This document shows positions 34,205-43,093 of a stretch of 64,000 bases of DNA, one piece after another. The stretch spans positions 25,063 to 89,062 of the forward strand of contig CAUQTL010000001.1 in the NCBI GenBank assembly GCA_963521035.1, written 5' to 3'. Source of the DNA: an uncultured Streptococcus sp. (GTDB lineage: Bacteria > Bacillota > Bacilli > Lactobacillales > Streptococcaceae). Every line of letters starts with the position of its first letter. The first letter of the stretch is position 1. The translations under genes were made by a program, and so were the position numbers. Below the pieces are notes generated by a model that was given only the letters and a program-made list of their open reading frames with translations, made no database searches and was not told where the DNA came from.

Positions 34205-34484
34205 TTAGGGCAATTTGACCATACGGAGAGCGCCAACTCTTAAAACTGGTACTTTCTCACGCTTTCAATTTGGCGACTCTGAGCGTGAAGATATCGTCTA
34301 TACGAAACAACTCAAAAAGCCCCACGCTCTCAAAACTTTGGCGAGTCTGAGCGTGAGGAACTTCATTGCAAGAAAAACTGTATAAGAAACAACCATTCAA
34401 AATCCCCACACTCGCCATCGCCCAACTTTGAGTGTGAGGATATCTAGTATAAGAAAAAAAGCATTAAAAGCTCTTAGGGCAATT
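34205..34484. repeat. Three-hairpin array bracketed by an 11-bp direct repeat
   Basis: CACGCT/CACACTC...GAGCGTG/GAGTGTG stems at 34257, 34323, 34407; TTAGGGCAATT at 34205 and 34474. Confidence 0.7.
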
Positions 34485-34512
34485 ACACAACATAGAAACA
34501 GAGGTAATAAAC

Positions 34513-34965
34513 ATGGAAGAAACAACATACGAGAATTTGACTAGACGTATAGACAGAATTAGCGCAGAAATGCTAGAAATTAGCGAAAAAAATGATCTAT
34601 TCGGACTTTCTTTGTTGGCAAATCAGATAAAGTCTATCAAAGAAGATTTACACCGCTTACTTTGGATTGAACTTCCTGAATTGAATGACAGCCATAAAAT
34701 CGAAGCACTCTCTAAAAGAACTACGGGAATGTTTTTCAACCCTGGTATTTTTGAAATGGACGCTATGCGACAAGCATTCTTTAAACGCCAAGCTAAGCAC
34801 TTTTTTGACAATGAAGCAGAGCAACAGGCGTATATAGAACATGCTGAAAAGGAGTATTTAGAGGCTACTATAACCTTAAAAGATATTCTTTTTAACTCTA
34901 AAAAAGGAACTCAAAAAGCAAATAAAAGTTGTCTTATAGAGAAGTTTGAGGAGGCAATGCAATGA
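34513..34965 (+). CDS. Hypothetical satellite protein
   Basis: GAGGT RBS, 150 aa, operon context. Confidence 0.7.
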   Translation: MEETTYENLTRRIDRISAEMLEISEKNDLFGLSLLANQIKSIKEDLHRLLWIELPELNDSHKIEALSKRTTGMFFNPGIFEMDAMRQAFFKRQAKHFFDNEAEQQAYIEHAEKEYLEATITLKDILFNSKKGTQKANKSCLIEKFEEAMQ

Positions 34966-35162
34966 CACTAGACCTAAACAATATGACACAATCAGAATTT
35001 GATGAAGTAATGGCTGAAATCAAGTCAGAACGCCCCAGCGTCTTTCAGTTTATTGCTGATTTTTTAGATAGAAAGGTAACACCCGAAGAGGTGGATGAGT
35101 TTTTGAAGATGGAGCGAACTGATCAAGTGGACTATATCAAGAATTACAAAGCGAGGGCATGA
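34962..35162 (+). CDS. Hypothetical satellite protein
   Basis: GGAGG RBS, ATGA overlap with upstream stop. Confidence 0.7.
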   Translation: MTLDLNNMTQSEFDEVMAEIKSERPSVFQFIADFLDRKVTPEEVDEFLKMERTDQVDYIKNYKARA

Positions 35163-35163
35163 C

Positions 35164-35379
35164 ATGAATGAATTAGATTTGACCAATACACAGGCGGTAA
35201 TCTGTATGGTTGTATTGATTGGCTTACTGCTTTATTTAAACCACCGAGACCGCAAAAAAAGCGCCCAATTTGAGCGAGAAAACCAACAGACGATAGAAAC
35301 ACCTAGCGAGAGTTTAAGCCCTGATTATGGGCGATATATCCAGCTTGCAGGGGTAAGAGTTTACGGAGGAATGAAATGA
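35164..35379 (+). CDS. Small single-TM satellite protein
   Basis: Hydrophobic AVICMVVLIGLLLYL segment; coupled to neighbours. Confidence 0.65.
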   Translation: MNELDLTNTQAVICMVVLIGLLLYLNHRDRKKSAQFERENQQTIETPSESLSPDYGRYIQLAGVRVYGGMK

Positions 35380-35669
35380 GTTACACAATGAATTTATACC
35401 CTGATATTGAAAAAATATCAGACGAACCTTATTTTACTAAAGATATTTTTCTAGCTACGTGTATGGACAATGCAACAAAGTTAGCTGTAACTATGGGCTT
35501 GTTGACAAAACAAACGTTGGATTTAGAGACTAAGACAGCTATTTTGAAAACCCTTGATACCATTATAGAAACTCAAAAAGATATTTTGCGAGGGGTAGCG
35601 AGCGGACAAATAACCTTTTTGAATAAAAGCAAAGGAGAGGAGGAACTGAATGAGCCTATCGGAGAATGA
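35376..35669 (+). CDS. Hypothetical satellite protein
   Basis: GGAGG RBS, ATGA overlap. Confidence 0.65.
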   Translation: MSYTMNLYPDIEKISDEPYFTKDIFLATCMDNATKLAVTMGLLTKQTLDLETKTAILKTLDTIIETQKDILRGVASGQITFLNKSKGEEELNEPIGE

Positions 35670-35991
35670 TAAGCGAGTCTTAAGACTAATAAAAGTGGGG
35701 GCTGAGAACTCCATAACAGGGGCAGAAATAAGCCTGATCACTAAGCTAGCAGAAAGAACCGTGCAAGATATTATCAGCCGTCTAATCACGCGCCATAGCG
35801 TTCCTATTGTTGGGGTTCGACACGGAACATTTAGAGGATATTTTATCCCAGCTAACAAAGAGGAGCTACTGGACGGAGCAAAAACATTTTACAATCAGAT
35901 ACGAGAAGAAGAAAAGCGCCTAGCAGTGTTGATGAATAGCGACCTAGAAAGCTACAAAGAAACCTTGAAGGGGGCGGACGAATATGTTTAG
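35650..35991 (+). CDS. Winged-HTH satellite protein
   Basis: ITGAEISLITKLAERTVQDIISRL...GYFI pattern. Confidence 0.7.
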   Translation: MSLSENDKRVLRLIKVGAENSITGAEISLITKLAERTVQDIISRLITRHSVPIVGVRHGTFRGYFIPANKEELLDGAKTFYNQIREEEKRLAVLMNSDLESYKETLKGADEYV

Positions 35992-36259
35992 CCTAAGCCG
36001 AGAAAGCGAGCAAGACCTAGCGCATGGCATTCTGGAGGTAGTGGAAAGATACCTGGAAGCGCGTGATACAGTCAAACCACGACTGACAGGTTTAATATCA
36101 GCCCAGGAAGTCATGGACGAGTTAGATATAAAATACATGACACTCCAAAAATGGGAAAAAGCAGGGCTAAGACGATACCATCCACCGCTTGAAGATACAA
36201 GAAAGGTTTACTATAAAATAACTGACATCTGGAAGTTTCTGGGGGTAGAAAATGGGTAG
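35984..36259 (+). CDS. MerR-like HTH protein (possible excisionase)
   Basis: LISAQEVMDELDIKYMTLQKWEKAGL...KVYY. Confidence 0.65.
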   Translation: MFSLSRESEQDLAHGILEVVERYLEARDTVKPRLTGLISAQEVMDELDIKYMTLQKWEKAGLRRYHPPLEDTRKVYYKITDIWKFLGVENG

Positions 36260-36398
36260 ATACATGACAGAGCCAGCTTATGCTGGTATGAAGTTAGCCA
36301 AGGAAGATAAAACCAAGGTCAGACGCCCAAAGTTGAAGCAACTCAAAGAACGGAAACAACTGAAGAAACTGAGGAAGAAACGTCGGAAAGGGAGCTGA
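36252..36398 (+). CDS. 48-aa highly basic peptide (absent from ORF track)
   Basis: MGRYMTEPAYAGMKLAKEDKTKVRRPKLKQLKERKQLKKLRKKRRKGS fills the gap; stop 1 nt before primase ATG. Confidence 0.6.
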   Translation: MGRYMTEPAYAGMKLAKEDKTKVRRPKLKQLKERKQLKKLRKKRRKGS

Positions 36399-36399
36399 T

Positions 36400-37260
36400 A
36401 TGACGATTTACGAGGCTAGAGGCTTTCAGGGTAATCTTGTCTATCCATTTGATAAAATTGAGCCGTTCCAGTACATTGAACGCTTTAAGCCTTTGGTAGT
36501 CCCTGAAGGGGCAAACATTGAAGAATTTAAACGTACACAAGCGCCTTACTGTATCAGTGGGAAAGTGACGCCAGAAAAGCATGGCAGTTACAAGCGAAAC
36601 AACTCCAGTCTAATCTATCGGGATTTGATTTTCCTTGATTATGATGATATACAGGGGACGACTGAGGGCTTTATAAAGGCTGTTTCTAGCGCTTTATTTG
36701 GCTACTCCTATATCTTATACCCAACTATTAAGCATAGCTTAGAAAAGCCCCGTTTTCGCCTTGTAGTGAAGCCTGATGATGTGATGAATGAGGCAACCTA
36801 TAAGCAGGTAGTGAAAGAGATTGCTGATAAGATTGGGCTACCCTTTGACATGGCCAGTCTAACCTGGTCACAACTCCAAGGGCTACCAGTAACAACAGGC
36901 GACCCAGAAAGTTATCAAAAGATTGTGGAGCATGGTCTAGATTATCCAGTCCCCAAGGTTGAACCAAGAGCGAAGCAAGGAACTACTGAGCTTTACAAGC
37001 CTAGAGCAAGTGGCCAGAGGTCAATGACTATGAGGATCATTGACACGCTTTTTAATGGCTTTGGAGACGAGGGAGGGCGCAACGTAGCACTGACACGCTT
37101 TGTAGGCTTACTCTTTAATAAGTGGGTTGATTGTGACCTAGAGACCGCCTATGAACTTACTAAGATAGCCAATAGCGTGACAGTTGAACCATTGCCTATT
37201 GAAGAGCTAGACCGCACTTTTAGCAGTATAGCACGGGCTGAATATAGAAAGAGAGGATAG
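36400..37260 (+). CDS. Primase-like protein with PriCT-1-type C-terminus
   Basis: LIFLDYDD, HSLEKPRFRLV, GGRNVALTRFVG, PLPIEELDRTFSS. Confidence 0.82.
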   Translation: MTIYEARGFQGNLVYPFDKIEPFQYIERFKPLVVPEGANIEEFKRTQAPYCISGKVTPEKHGSYKRNNSSLIYRDLIFLDYDDIQGTTEGFIKAVSSALFGYSYILYPTIKHSLEKPRFRLVVKPDDVMNEATYKQVVKEIADKIGLPFDMASLTWSQLQGLPVTTGDPESYQKIVEHGLDYPVPKVEPRAKQGTTELYKPRASGQRSMTMRIIDTLFNGFGDEGGRNVALTRFVGLLFNKWVDCDLETAYELTKIANSVTVEPLPIEELDRTFSSIARAEYRKRG

Positions 37261-37264
37261 AACC

Positions 37265-38920
37265 ATAGAACTAGAAGAATTAGGAAACCTAGAAAGTGAA
37301 ATCTTAGAGGCGCGTGAAAGCGAAGATAAGCACTTTAAGACTTTCAAAGGTGTTAGGGGACAGCTTATCAAAGAGTGTCAAGAAATCAAGGACAAGGCTT
37401 ATCAGCAAGCTTATGAAGAAGTTATGGCAGACAGCAAACACCTTGAAAATGTAAAGGCAGGCAGGTTGACCGAGGCCCAGCATGAAGAACTAGCCCAGCA
37501 GAAAGGCGAGGAAAAGAGCAGTAAGGCCTTACCAACTAATCCGCTGGGAGTTGCTATTATATTAAAAAAGTACGTCCGATTTATTAGAATTAAGCCAGAG
37601 GCACAAGGGCAAAAAGCCCCATTATATTTCTATAATCCTGATTTTGGTATCTGGTTAGAGGATAATGAATTTTTGCAAGATCTTATTTCTGTCATTTATC
37701 CAAACGCAACGGAAAAACAGGCATTTGATACGCTTTATAAAATAGCTAGACAGAGCCAAATGAGGGAAATCCAAGGCAATTATACTGTAATTGGGAAACA
37801 GCTATACAATGCTAAGACAGGCATTTTTGAAGAAACGACACCAGAGATTACAGCAACAAGAAAGATAAAAACAGGTTATAGCCCTGGAGCAGAAGAGCCT
37901 ATAATTAACGGCTGGAAGCCGACAGCTTGGCTTTTAGAGTTGTTTGACGGTGACAAGGAGCTTTATAACCTTGCTATCCAGATTATAAAAGCAAGCGTCA
38001 CAGGGCAGTCTTTGCAAAAAATCTTTTGGCTTTTCGGTGAAGGTGGAACAGGAAAAGGAACTTTTCAGCAGCTACTTATAAACCTAGTTGGTATGGAAAA
38101 TGTGGCAAGTTTGAAGATCACTGGTTTAACAAAAAGTCAATTTTCAACGTCTATATTATTGGGAAAGTCGCTTGTAATCGGTGATGATGTACAAAAGGAC
38201 GCAGTAATTAGAGACACTTCAGATATGTTTAGCTTAGCAACAGGCGACATAATGACCATAGAGGACAAAGGGAAACGCCCTTATAGCATACGCCTTAATA
38301 TGACGGTAGTACAATCTTCTAATGGTTTACCAAGAATGAACGGGGATAAATCAGCTATTGATAGGCGATTTAGAATTTTACCTTTTACCAAAATATTTAA
38401 AGGTAATCCTAACAAGGCTATCAAAGACGATTACATTAACCGCAAAGAAGTGCTGGAGTACCTGGTTAAGTTGGCTATTGAAACACCAATCGCTGACATT
38501 AACCCTACGAAGTCTATTGAAATACTTGAAGAACACCATAAGGACATGAACCCCGTTATTGATTTTGTTTCTAAGTTTTTTACTGATGAATTGACAAGTG
38601 AGTTTATTCCTAATAGTTTTGTCTATCACGTTTGGAAAGGTTTCCTAGAATACTATGGTATTAAAGAAAACAGGTCAGAAATGGGCTTACATCGAGAAAT
38701 CAAAAGCAACCTGCCTGAAGGTTTCGCAGTTGGCCAGAAGGTTATCCCTGCAGGGCAACAGATCCATAAAGGTTTTTATCCTAAAGAAGACCTACCGCCG
38801 TTTGCAAGCGTAGCCTATGCTAATGGTAGGGCAACACCCGAAAAGCAGAAAAAGCCAAAGAATGAACGCGGGTATTACAACCATTGGCCAGAGTACAAAA
38901 AGAGAAGGAAAAGAAAATAA
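37265..38920 (+). CDS. SF3 (D5/P4-like) helicase / Rep; possible ATA start 53 codons upstream of first ATG (37424)
   Basis: Walker A GEGGTGKG, IGDD, SSNGLP, AIDRRF. Confidence 0.85.
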   Translation: MELEELGNLESEILEARESEDKHFKTFKGVRGQLIKECQEIKDKAYQQAYEEVMADSKHLENVKAGRLTEAQHEELAQQKGEEKSSKALPTNPLGVAIILKKYVRFIRIKPEAQGQKAPLYFYNPDFGIWLEDNEFLQDLISVIYPNATEKQAFDTLYKIARQSQMREIQGNYTVIGKQLYNAKTGIFEETTPEITATRKIKTGYSPGAEEPIINGWKPTAWLLELFDGDKELYNLAIQIIKASVTGQSLQKIFWLFGEGGTGKGTFQQLLINLVGMENVASLKITGLTKSQFSTSILLGKSLVIGDDVQKDAVIRDTSDMFSLATGDIMTIEDKGKRPYSIRLNMTVVQSSNGLPRMNGDKSAIDRRFRILPFTKIFKGNPNKAIKDDYINRKEVLEYLVKLAIETPIADINPTKSIEILEEHHKDMNPVIDFVSKFFTDELTSEFIPNSFVYHVWKGFLEYYGIKENRSEMGLHREIKSNLPEGFAVGQKVIPAGQQIHKGFYPKEDLPPFASVAYANGRATPEKQKKPKNERGYYNHWPEYKKRRKRK

Positions 38921-38922
38921 GA

Positions 38923-39192
38923 ATTTTATACACTTTACACAGTAGGGCAAAAATTTTATACACTTAAAAACGTTGTCATATCAAGGGTTTTATACACTTT
39001 ATACGAAAAACACGGAAATAAAAAAATTTCCTTATATCATGTTTCAGAAATAGAGTCCCTATTATCCCTATATATATTTTTATTTTAATGTATAAAGTGT
39101 ATAAAACAATAGCAAAACCCTTGGTACTACTGACTTTATTTTTTATACACTTTTAAAAACAAGTGTATAAAATTTGTAAGAAGCGTATAAAA
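38923..39192. promoter_or_regulatory. Satellite replication origin (iterons)
   Basis: Several TTTATACACT direct and AGTGTATAAA inverted copies around an AT-rich core right after rep, as in SaPI-type origins. Confidence 0.8.
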
Positions 39193-39235
39193 AAGGGGAC
39201 AGAAAAATCAATTAAGTACAAAAGGAGTAAAAAAC

Positions 39236-39412
39236 ATGAAAATTAAACTATTTTTTTATTACAAATGGCAACAATCACTAGAAAATTTTGAACAGGAAGT
39301 AAATGATTTTATGGCGACCGTGCAGGTAATTGATGTAAAACATTCAACCGCAACCGTAGGAGATAGTGATGGTATGGGTGCGATTGCTGGTTTGCTAGTA
39401 TTATACAGATAA
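39236..39412 (+). CDS. 58-aa protein, DUF2758-like (absent from ORF track)
   Basis: AAGGAG RBS; MKIKLF...FEQEVNDFMATVQVIDVK...LVLYR. Confidence 0.7.
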   Translation: MKIKLFFYYKWQQSLENFEQEVNDFMATVQVIDVKHSTATVGDSDGMGAIAGLLVLYR

Positions 39413-39495
39413 CAAAATGGGGTAGATAGTACCGACCCCCTTGCAATGGTGTAACTACTAGTGACACCCTTAAAAACAGAAAGAGGAAAAACAAC

Positions 39496-40026
39496 ATGAC
39501 ATTAAAAACATTTTCGGATAAAGCAAAAACATTTACTTTCACTTACTATTTTTGTGATCAGGCGACCGCTCAAGTAGCAGGTCACGCGCTACTGGGATAT
39601 ATGACTGGGACATATTGCCAGCCTGTAATCTCATTGACCTACAAGGATAAAGGCACGCTAGTAGCTGAGTATGTGGAAGATCACAAGCTAAACAAGACCT
39701 TTAAGCGTATTTGTGACAGTTTTAAAGACTACCACAAACAACCAGGAGAGGTTGAAGCATTTGAAGAACGTTACAAACGGGAGCGCGTGCTTCAACTCAA
39801 AGAGTCAGAGGACTTTGAGAGCTTGCTGAATAAGATCACAGACTACGAGCTGGAACTATTAGACTATGCTGATCGCTTGCTTTCTGATACGCCTATCCCT
39901 ATGGACTCTATGACTGCTTTTGGTACGTTGGAAAAGCTAGGCGATGAAAGTATTAGCCTACTCCAAAAGTTGGACGTAGAGGGCGAATATAAAGGACTTG
40001 CTGGTTATACAGAGCATTTGAAGTAG
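39496..40026 (+). CDS. Hypothetical satellite protein
   Basis: GAGG RBS; followed by hairpin AGGGGGAGCAATCCCCTTTTT. Confidence 0.7.
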   Translation: MTLKTFSDKAKTFTFTYYFCDQATAQVAGHALLGYMTGTYCQPVISLTYKDKGTLVAEYVEDHKLNKTFKRICDSFKDYHKQPGEVEAFEERYKRERVLQLKESEDFESLLNKITDYELELLDYADRLLSDTPIPMDSMTAFGTLEKLGDESISLLQKLDVEGEYKGLAGYTEHLK

Positions 40027-40097
40027 AACACAGGGGGAGCAATCCCCTTTTTGCTATCAACCCAATAGTTTTGGGTTTTTCCATATAGGGGGAAATA

Positions 40098-40601
40098 ATG
40101 AAGCAGTTAGCAATAGAAACAATCACTAAACCAATGAAGCTGAGAGGAATATCTAAGGGTATAGCCGAGTTGGACGGTCAACGTTTAGAGATTGATTTGG
40201 ATAATTTAATGATTGATTTTGGTGGAGAGTCATTTGAATTAGACAGAATAGCAGGAACTAAGGGAGGTAATCGATATTTCTTTCTTTGCCCTGATTGTGG
40301 GAGACGGTGCAGGTTGCTTTATAAACGGTATTTATATTTTAGTTGCGGTACTTGTCTAGATATCCACAAGAGCACTCTGAACCGCAGTAAAACGGATTGC
40401 CAATACTACTGGGAGCTTGCACTAAAAGAAGCCAGAAAGGTAGAACCAGGGTGGAGTCCTAGACGTGGTAGATATATGTTTGATGGTTTCCCTGAAAGAC
40501 CAAGGTATATGAAACGTGACAGGTATCATAAGCACTATAAGAAGTTTTTGAAGTATATTGAAAAAGGGGATAGATTTTGGCTGAATGGTTCGAGATTGTA
40601 G
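40098..40601 (+). CDS. Zinc-ribbon satellite protein
   Basis: YFFLCPDCGRRCRLLY...CGTC. Confidence 0.7.
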   Translation: MKQLAIETITKPMKLRGISKGIAELDGQRLEIDLDNLMIDFGGESFELDRIAGTKGGNRYFFLCPDCGRRCRLLYKRYLYFSCGTCLDIHKSTLNRSKTDCQYYWELALKEARKVEPGWSPRRGRYMFDGFPERPRYMKRDRYHKHYKKFLKYIEKGDRFWLNGSRL

Positions 40602-40625
40602 GATAATATGAAGTAGTGTGTAATT

Positions 40626-40943
40626 TACCAAACGAACAAATACTACATATTAGACGGTTTAAATGTTAAAAAAGCTAGATATATCAAGGATTTAAGTAAG
40701 TAGAGCGTTCCAAAAAGGGTGCGGTAAACGTTCCAAAAAAGGGTGAGGTAAGGATTAGGTTATATATAAAAAGTACAAGGTTAGTACAAGGTCACATACT
40801 TCAAAATACTAAGGTTTTACAAAGGTACAGGGCTTTTTTCTAGTGATAGAACCCCAAGGTTACCACAAGGTAGAGAGGTTTACCGAGGGTTAGAAAAGGT
40901 GAGGTTTTTGTGAAGTAGTGGCAAAAAAAATACCAAACGAACA
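40626..40943. repeat. Phased direct-repeat region upstream of TerS-like gene
   Basis: CGTTCCAAAAA(A)GGGTG twice; AAGGT pairs 11 bp apart at 40777/40788, 40811/40822, 40856/40867; TACCAAACGAACA at 40626 and 40931. Confidence 0.65.
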
Positions 40944-40961
40944 CCGTAGAAAGGATGCAAT

Positions 40962-41276
40962 ATGGAACGTGATAGCCGAGGGAGATTTTTACCAGGCAAC
41001 CAAGTAGCAAAAGGCAACAGGGGCAACAGAAAGCCAAAATATGGCAATAGCAACGCTTTGAAGCATGGACTACGCAGAGGATATACTGGACTGTTACCAA
41101 GCCGAGAAGGTGGGGTATCTATATATAAAAATGGTGCATACCTTGGAACACTACCAGACAAGTATTTTAACCATTCTGAAGATGGAGCGCTTTGGGTAGA
41201 TTATAGCGCGTGTCAGTATCTTGTATTAGTTTGTGGCTTGCCTGAAAGTATGTTTAGCGAACCAGAAGAATGGTAA
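40962..41276 (+). CDS. Small protein with terminase-small-subunit-like motif
   Basis: RDSRGRFLPGN...GNSNALKHGL resembles the GNxNAxKHG motif of TerS proteins; AAAGGA RBS. Confidence 0.55.
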   Translation: MERDSRGRFLPGNQVAKGNRGNRKPKYGNSNALKHGLRRGYTGLLPSREGGVSIYKNGAYLGTLPDKYFNHSEDGALWVDYSACQYLVLVCGLPESMFSEPEEW

Positions 41277-41316
41277 GGGTCTATATACTTGAACTCCGAG
41301 CGAACGCCGAGAAAGT

Positions 41317-41805
41317 GGCTATCTCCCCCCTATCATTTATCAAGCAGATAAGCGGAGTTTTTACCCCTCTTATTTCCGATTTACTCCTTGCAGAATGACA
41401 AGCAGATAAGGACGACAATAAGCCTTCTTAATTACTTACAAAACGATAGGAAGTTAAGACGAATTTAAAAGCCCCTTATTTTCGTTTTTCTCCTTGTCAA
41501 ACGGTAACGGTAAGGAAATAAGACAGGAAATAACATCGCTTATTTTGATTTTGCTCCCTGAAAAACTGTAAGGAGATAAGGAGACTTATTAGCTTCCTTA
41601 ATTTGGATTTTCTCCTTACAAAATGATAGGGAAATAAGAACTAAAATAACTCCCCTTATTTTCCTACCAAATGACAGGGAGATAAGAGCGGTTTAAAAGT
41701 CTGTTATTTTGGATTTGTTGCTTACCAAATGATAAGCAGATAGGCAAAGAACTAACTTGCCTTAATTGCTTATCAAACCATAAGGAGATATGGGGGCTAT
41801 CTCCC
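41317..41805. repeat. Array of nine palindromic 12-8-12 units with fixed 16-bp unique spacers
   Basis: TAAGGAGATAAG-like half-sites at 41341, 41399, 41447, 41511, 41569, 41627, 41675, 41733, 41781. Confidence 0.85.
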
Positions 41806-41969
41806 TCCCCACGCGCTTCTATGAGCTTCACCCGTCATTGTACATTTTTTCTCACGGGAAAGCATTTGAAGCTAGAGCGAACATAGAGAAATAGCAAAAA
41901 AAGCCAGCACAGGGCTGACTCCTTTGTGATATTCCGATAAAAATATTATATCATAGAGGAGGCCGAGGC

Positions 41970-42389
41970 ATGACACCAGAGCAGGTAAAAGAAAAACTAG
42001 AGGGCGTTAAGTGGATAAGCAAGGAAATCAAAGGCTTATATTTGGAATTGGAGGCCCTGGAAGGTGGTATTATCAAAAAGCCAACACTAAGCCATAGCAG
42101 GGTACAGGCAAGCAGAGAGAACAAGACAGAGAACAATCTTATAAGTGTTCTAAAACTAAAAGAGGATACGCTTCAGAGGATTGAGCGACTTACTGAAGAG
42201 AGAATGGAAATATCTAGGCTGATTGATAAGTTGGTCAATCCGCTTGAGCGTTCTGTTCTAAGACTTTTTTATTTGAATAATCTTGTAGCTTTGGAAGTAG
42301 CTGAAGAAATAGGAAAATCAAGAACAAATGTATACTTAATTAGGCAAAAAGCTATAGAACACTTGAGCAAGGTGGAAGGAGCGAACTAA
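41970..42389 (+). CDS. RinA/ArpU-like late transcription activator (sigma region-4-like HTH)
   Basis: LIDKLVNPLERSVLRLFYL...VAEEIGKSRTNVYLIRQKAI. Confidence 0.72.
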   Translation: MTPEQVKEKLEGVKWISKEIKGLYLELEALEGGIIKKPTLSHSRVQASRENKTENNLISVLKLKEDTLQRIERLTEERMEISRLIDKLVNPLERSVLRLFYLNNLVALEVAEEIGKSRTNVYLIRQKAIEHLSKVEGAN

Positions 42390-42781
42390 TGGAGCTGGAT
42401 AAGTTTAAAACGATGATGAACGTCAGAGAGCGGATGACTTACTTTCTACGTTTCCAGAGGATGGCAGGAAGTGAAAACCAAGTTACGATAGATGAAGAGG
42501 CTTGGGAACTTATCTTACCTGATCAGTGGAATTTGAGCGGTGAGCATGAAAAAGCAATCCGTGAGGGATTGGAGATATTCGCCCAAGACATCAACAGCAT
42601 AGAGAACAAACGAGCCAGAAAATACTTTATTATCCATTATTGCTACATGAGGAAGAAAACAATGAGTGAATGCGTAGAGATGGCAGGTACTAGCTCCACT
42701 AGCTACCACCGATACAAACAGATAGCCGTCTTAAACTTTGCGAGAATCCACCAGAACGGAGAGCTAGAAGTGTATAAGTAG
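42389..42781 (+). CDS. ArpU-like transcriptional regulator
   Basis: C-terminal HTH GTSSTSYHRYKQIAVLNFA. Confidence 0.6.
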   Translation: MELDKFKTMMNVRERMTYFLRFQRMAGSENQVTIDEEAWELILPDQWNLSGEHEKAIREGLEIFAQDINSIENKRARKYFIIHYCYMRKKTMSECVEMAGTSSTSYHRYKQIAVLNFARIHQNGELEVYK

Positions 42782-42829
42782 GCAAATGTAGGCTGAGACT
42801 TCATATTTGCCCATTGTATAAAGATAATA

Positions 42830-42858
42830 TTGAAAAGTTTGCGAAAAAGGATTATACT
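42830..42858 (+). promoter_or_regulatory. Sigma-A promoter of small accessory gene
   Basis: TTGAAA-17-TATACT. Confidence 0.65.
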
Positions 42859-42934
42859 GAAGTTGTAGCACAAGAGAAAACTCTTGAATTATTATCTCAA
42901 GCATTCGACTTTGAATTTGGAAGGATTGAATGAT

Positions 42935-43093
42935 ATGGTTAAAAAAGATATTTATGATTGGCCAGAAGGCGAAGACGACAATCTGGATGAATTGTTAAAA
43001 AAAGCCTATGAACGAAATAAGAATAAAACTGTTGAGGAGTTAGATGCCGAATGGGATGAATTTGTCAAGAGTCTAAAACTTGAAACGATTTAA
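42935..43093 (+). CDS. 52-aa acidic accessory (moron) protein
   Basis: ATG after GGAAGGA; own promoter and terminator (43096-43124). Confidence 0.6.
   Translation: MVKKDIYDWPEGEDDNLDELLKKAYERNKNKTVEELDAEWDEFVKSLKLETI

Noticed and set aside
40840..41161. Two minus-strand ORFs
   Set aside because: Shadows of the TerS-like gene and repeat block; against operon direction
41317..41805. Calling the array a CRISPR
   Set aside because: Repeats are degenerate with two arm lengths, spacers are only 16 bp, and no cas genes are in the window; kept as an unexplained array
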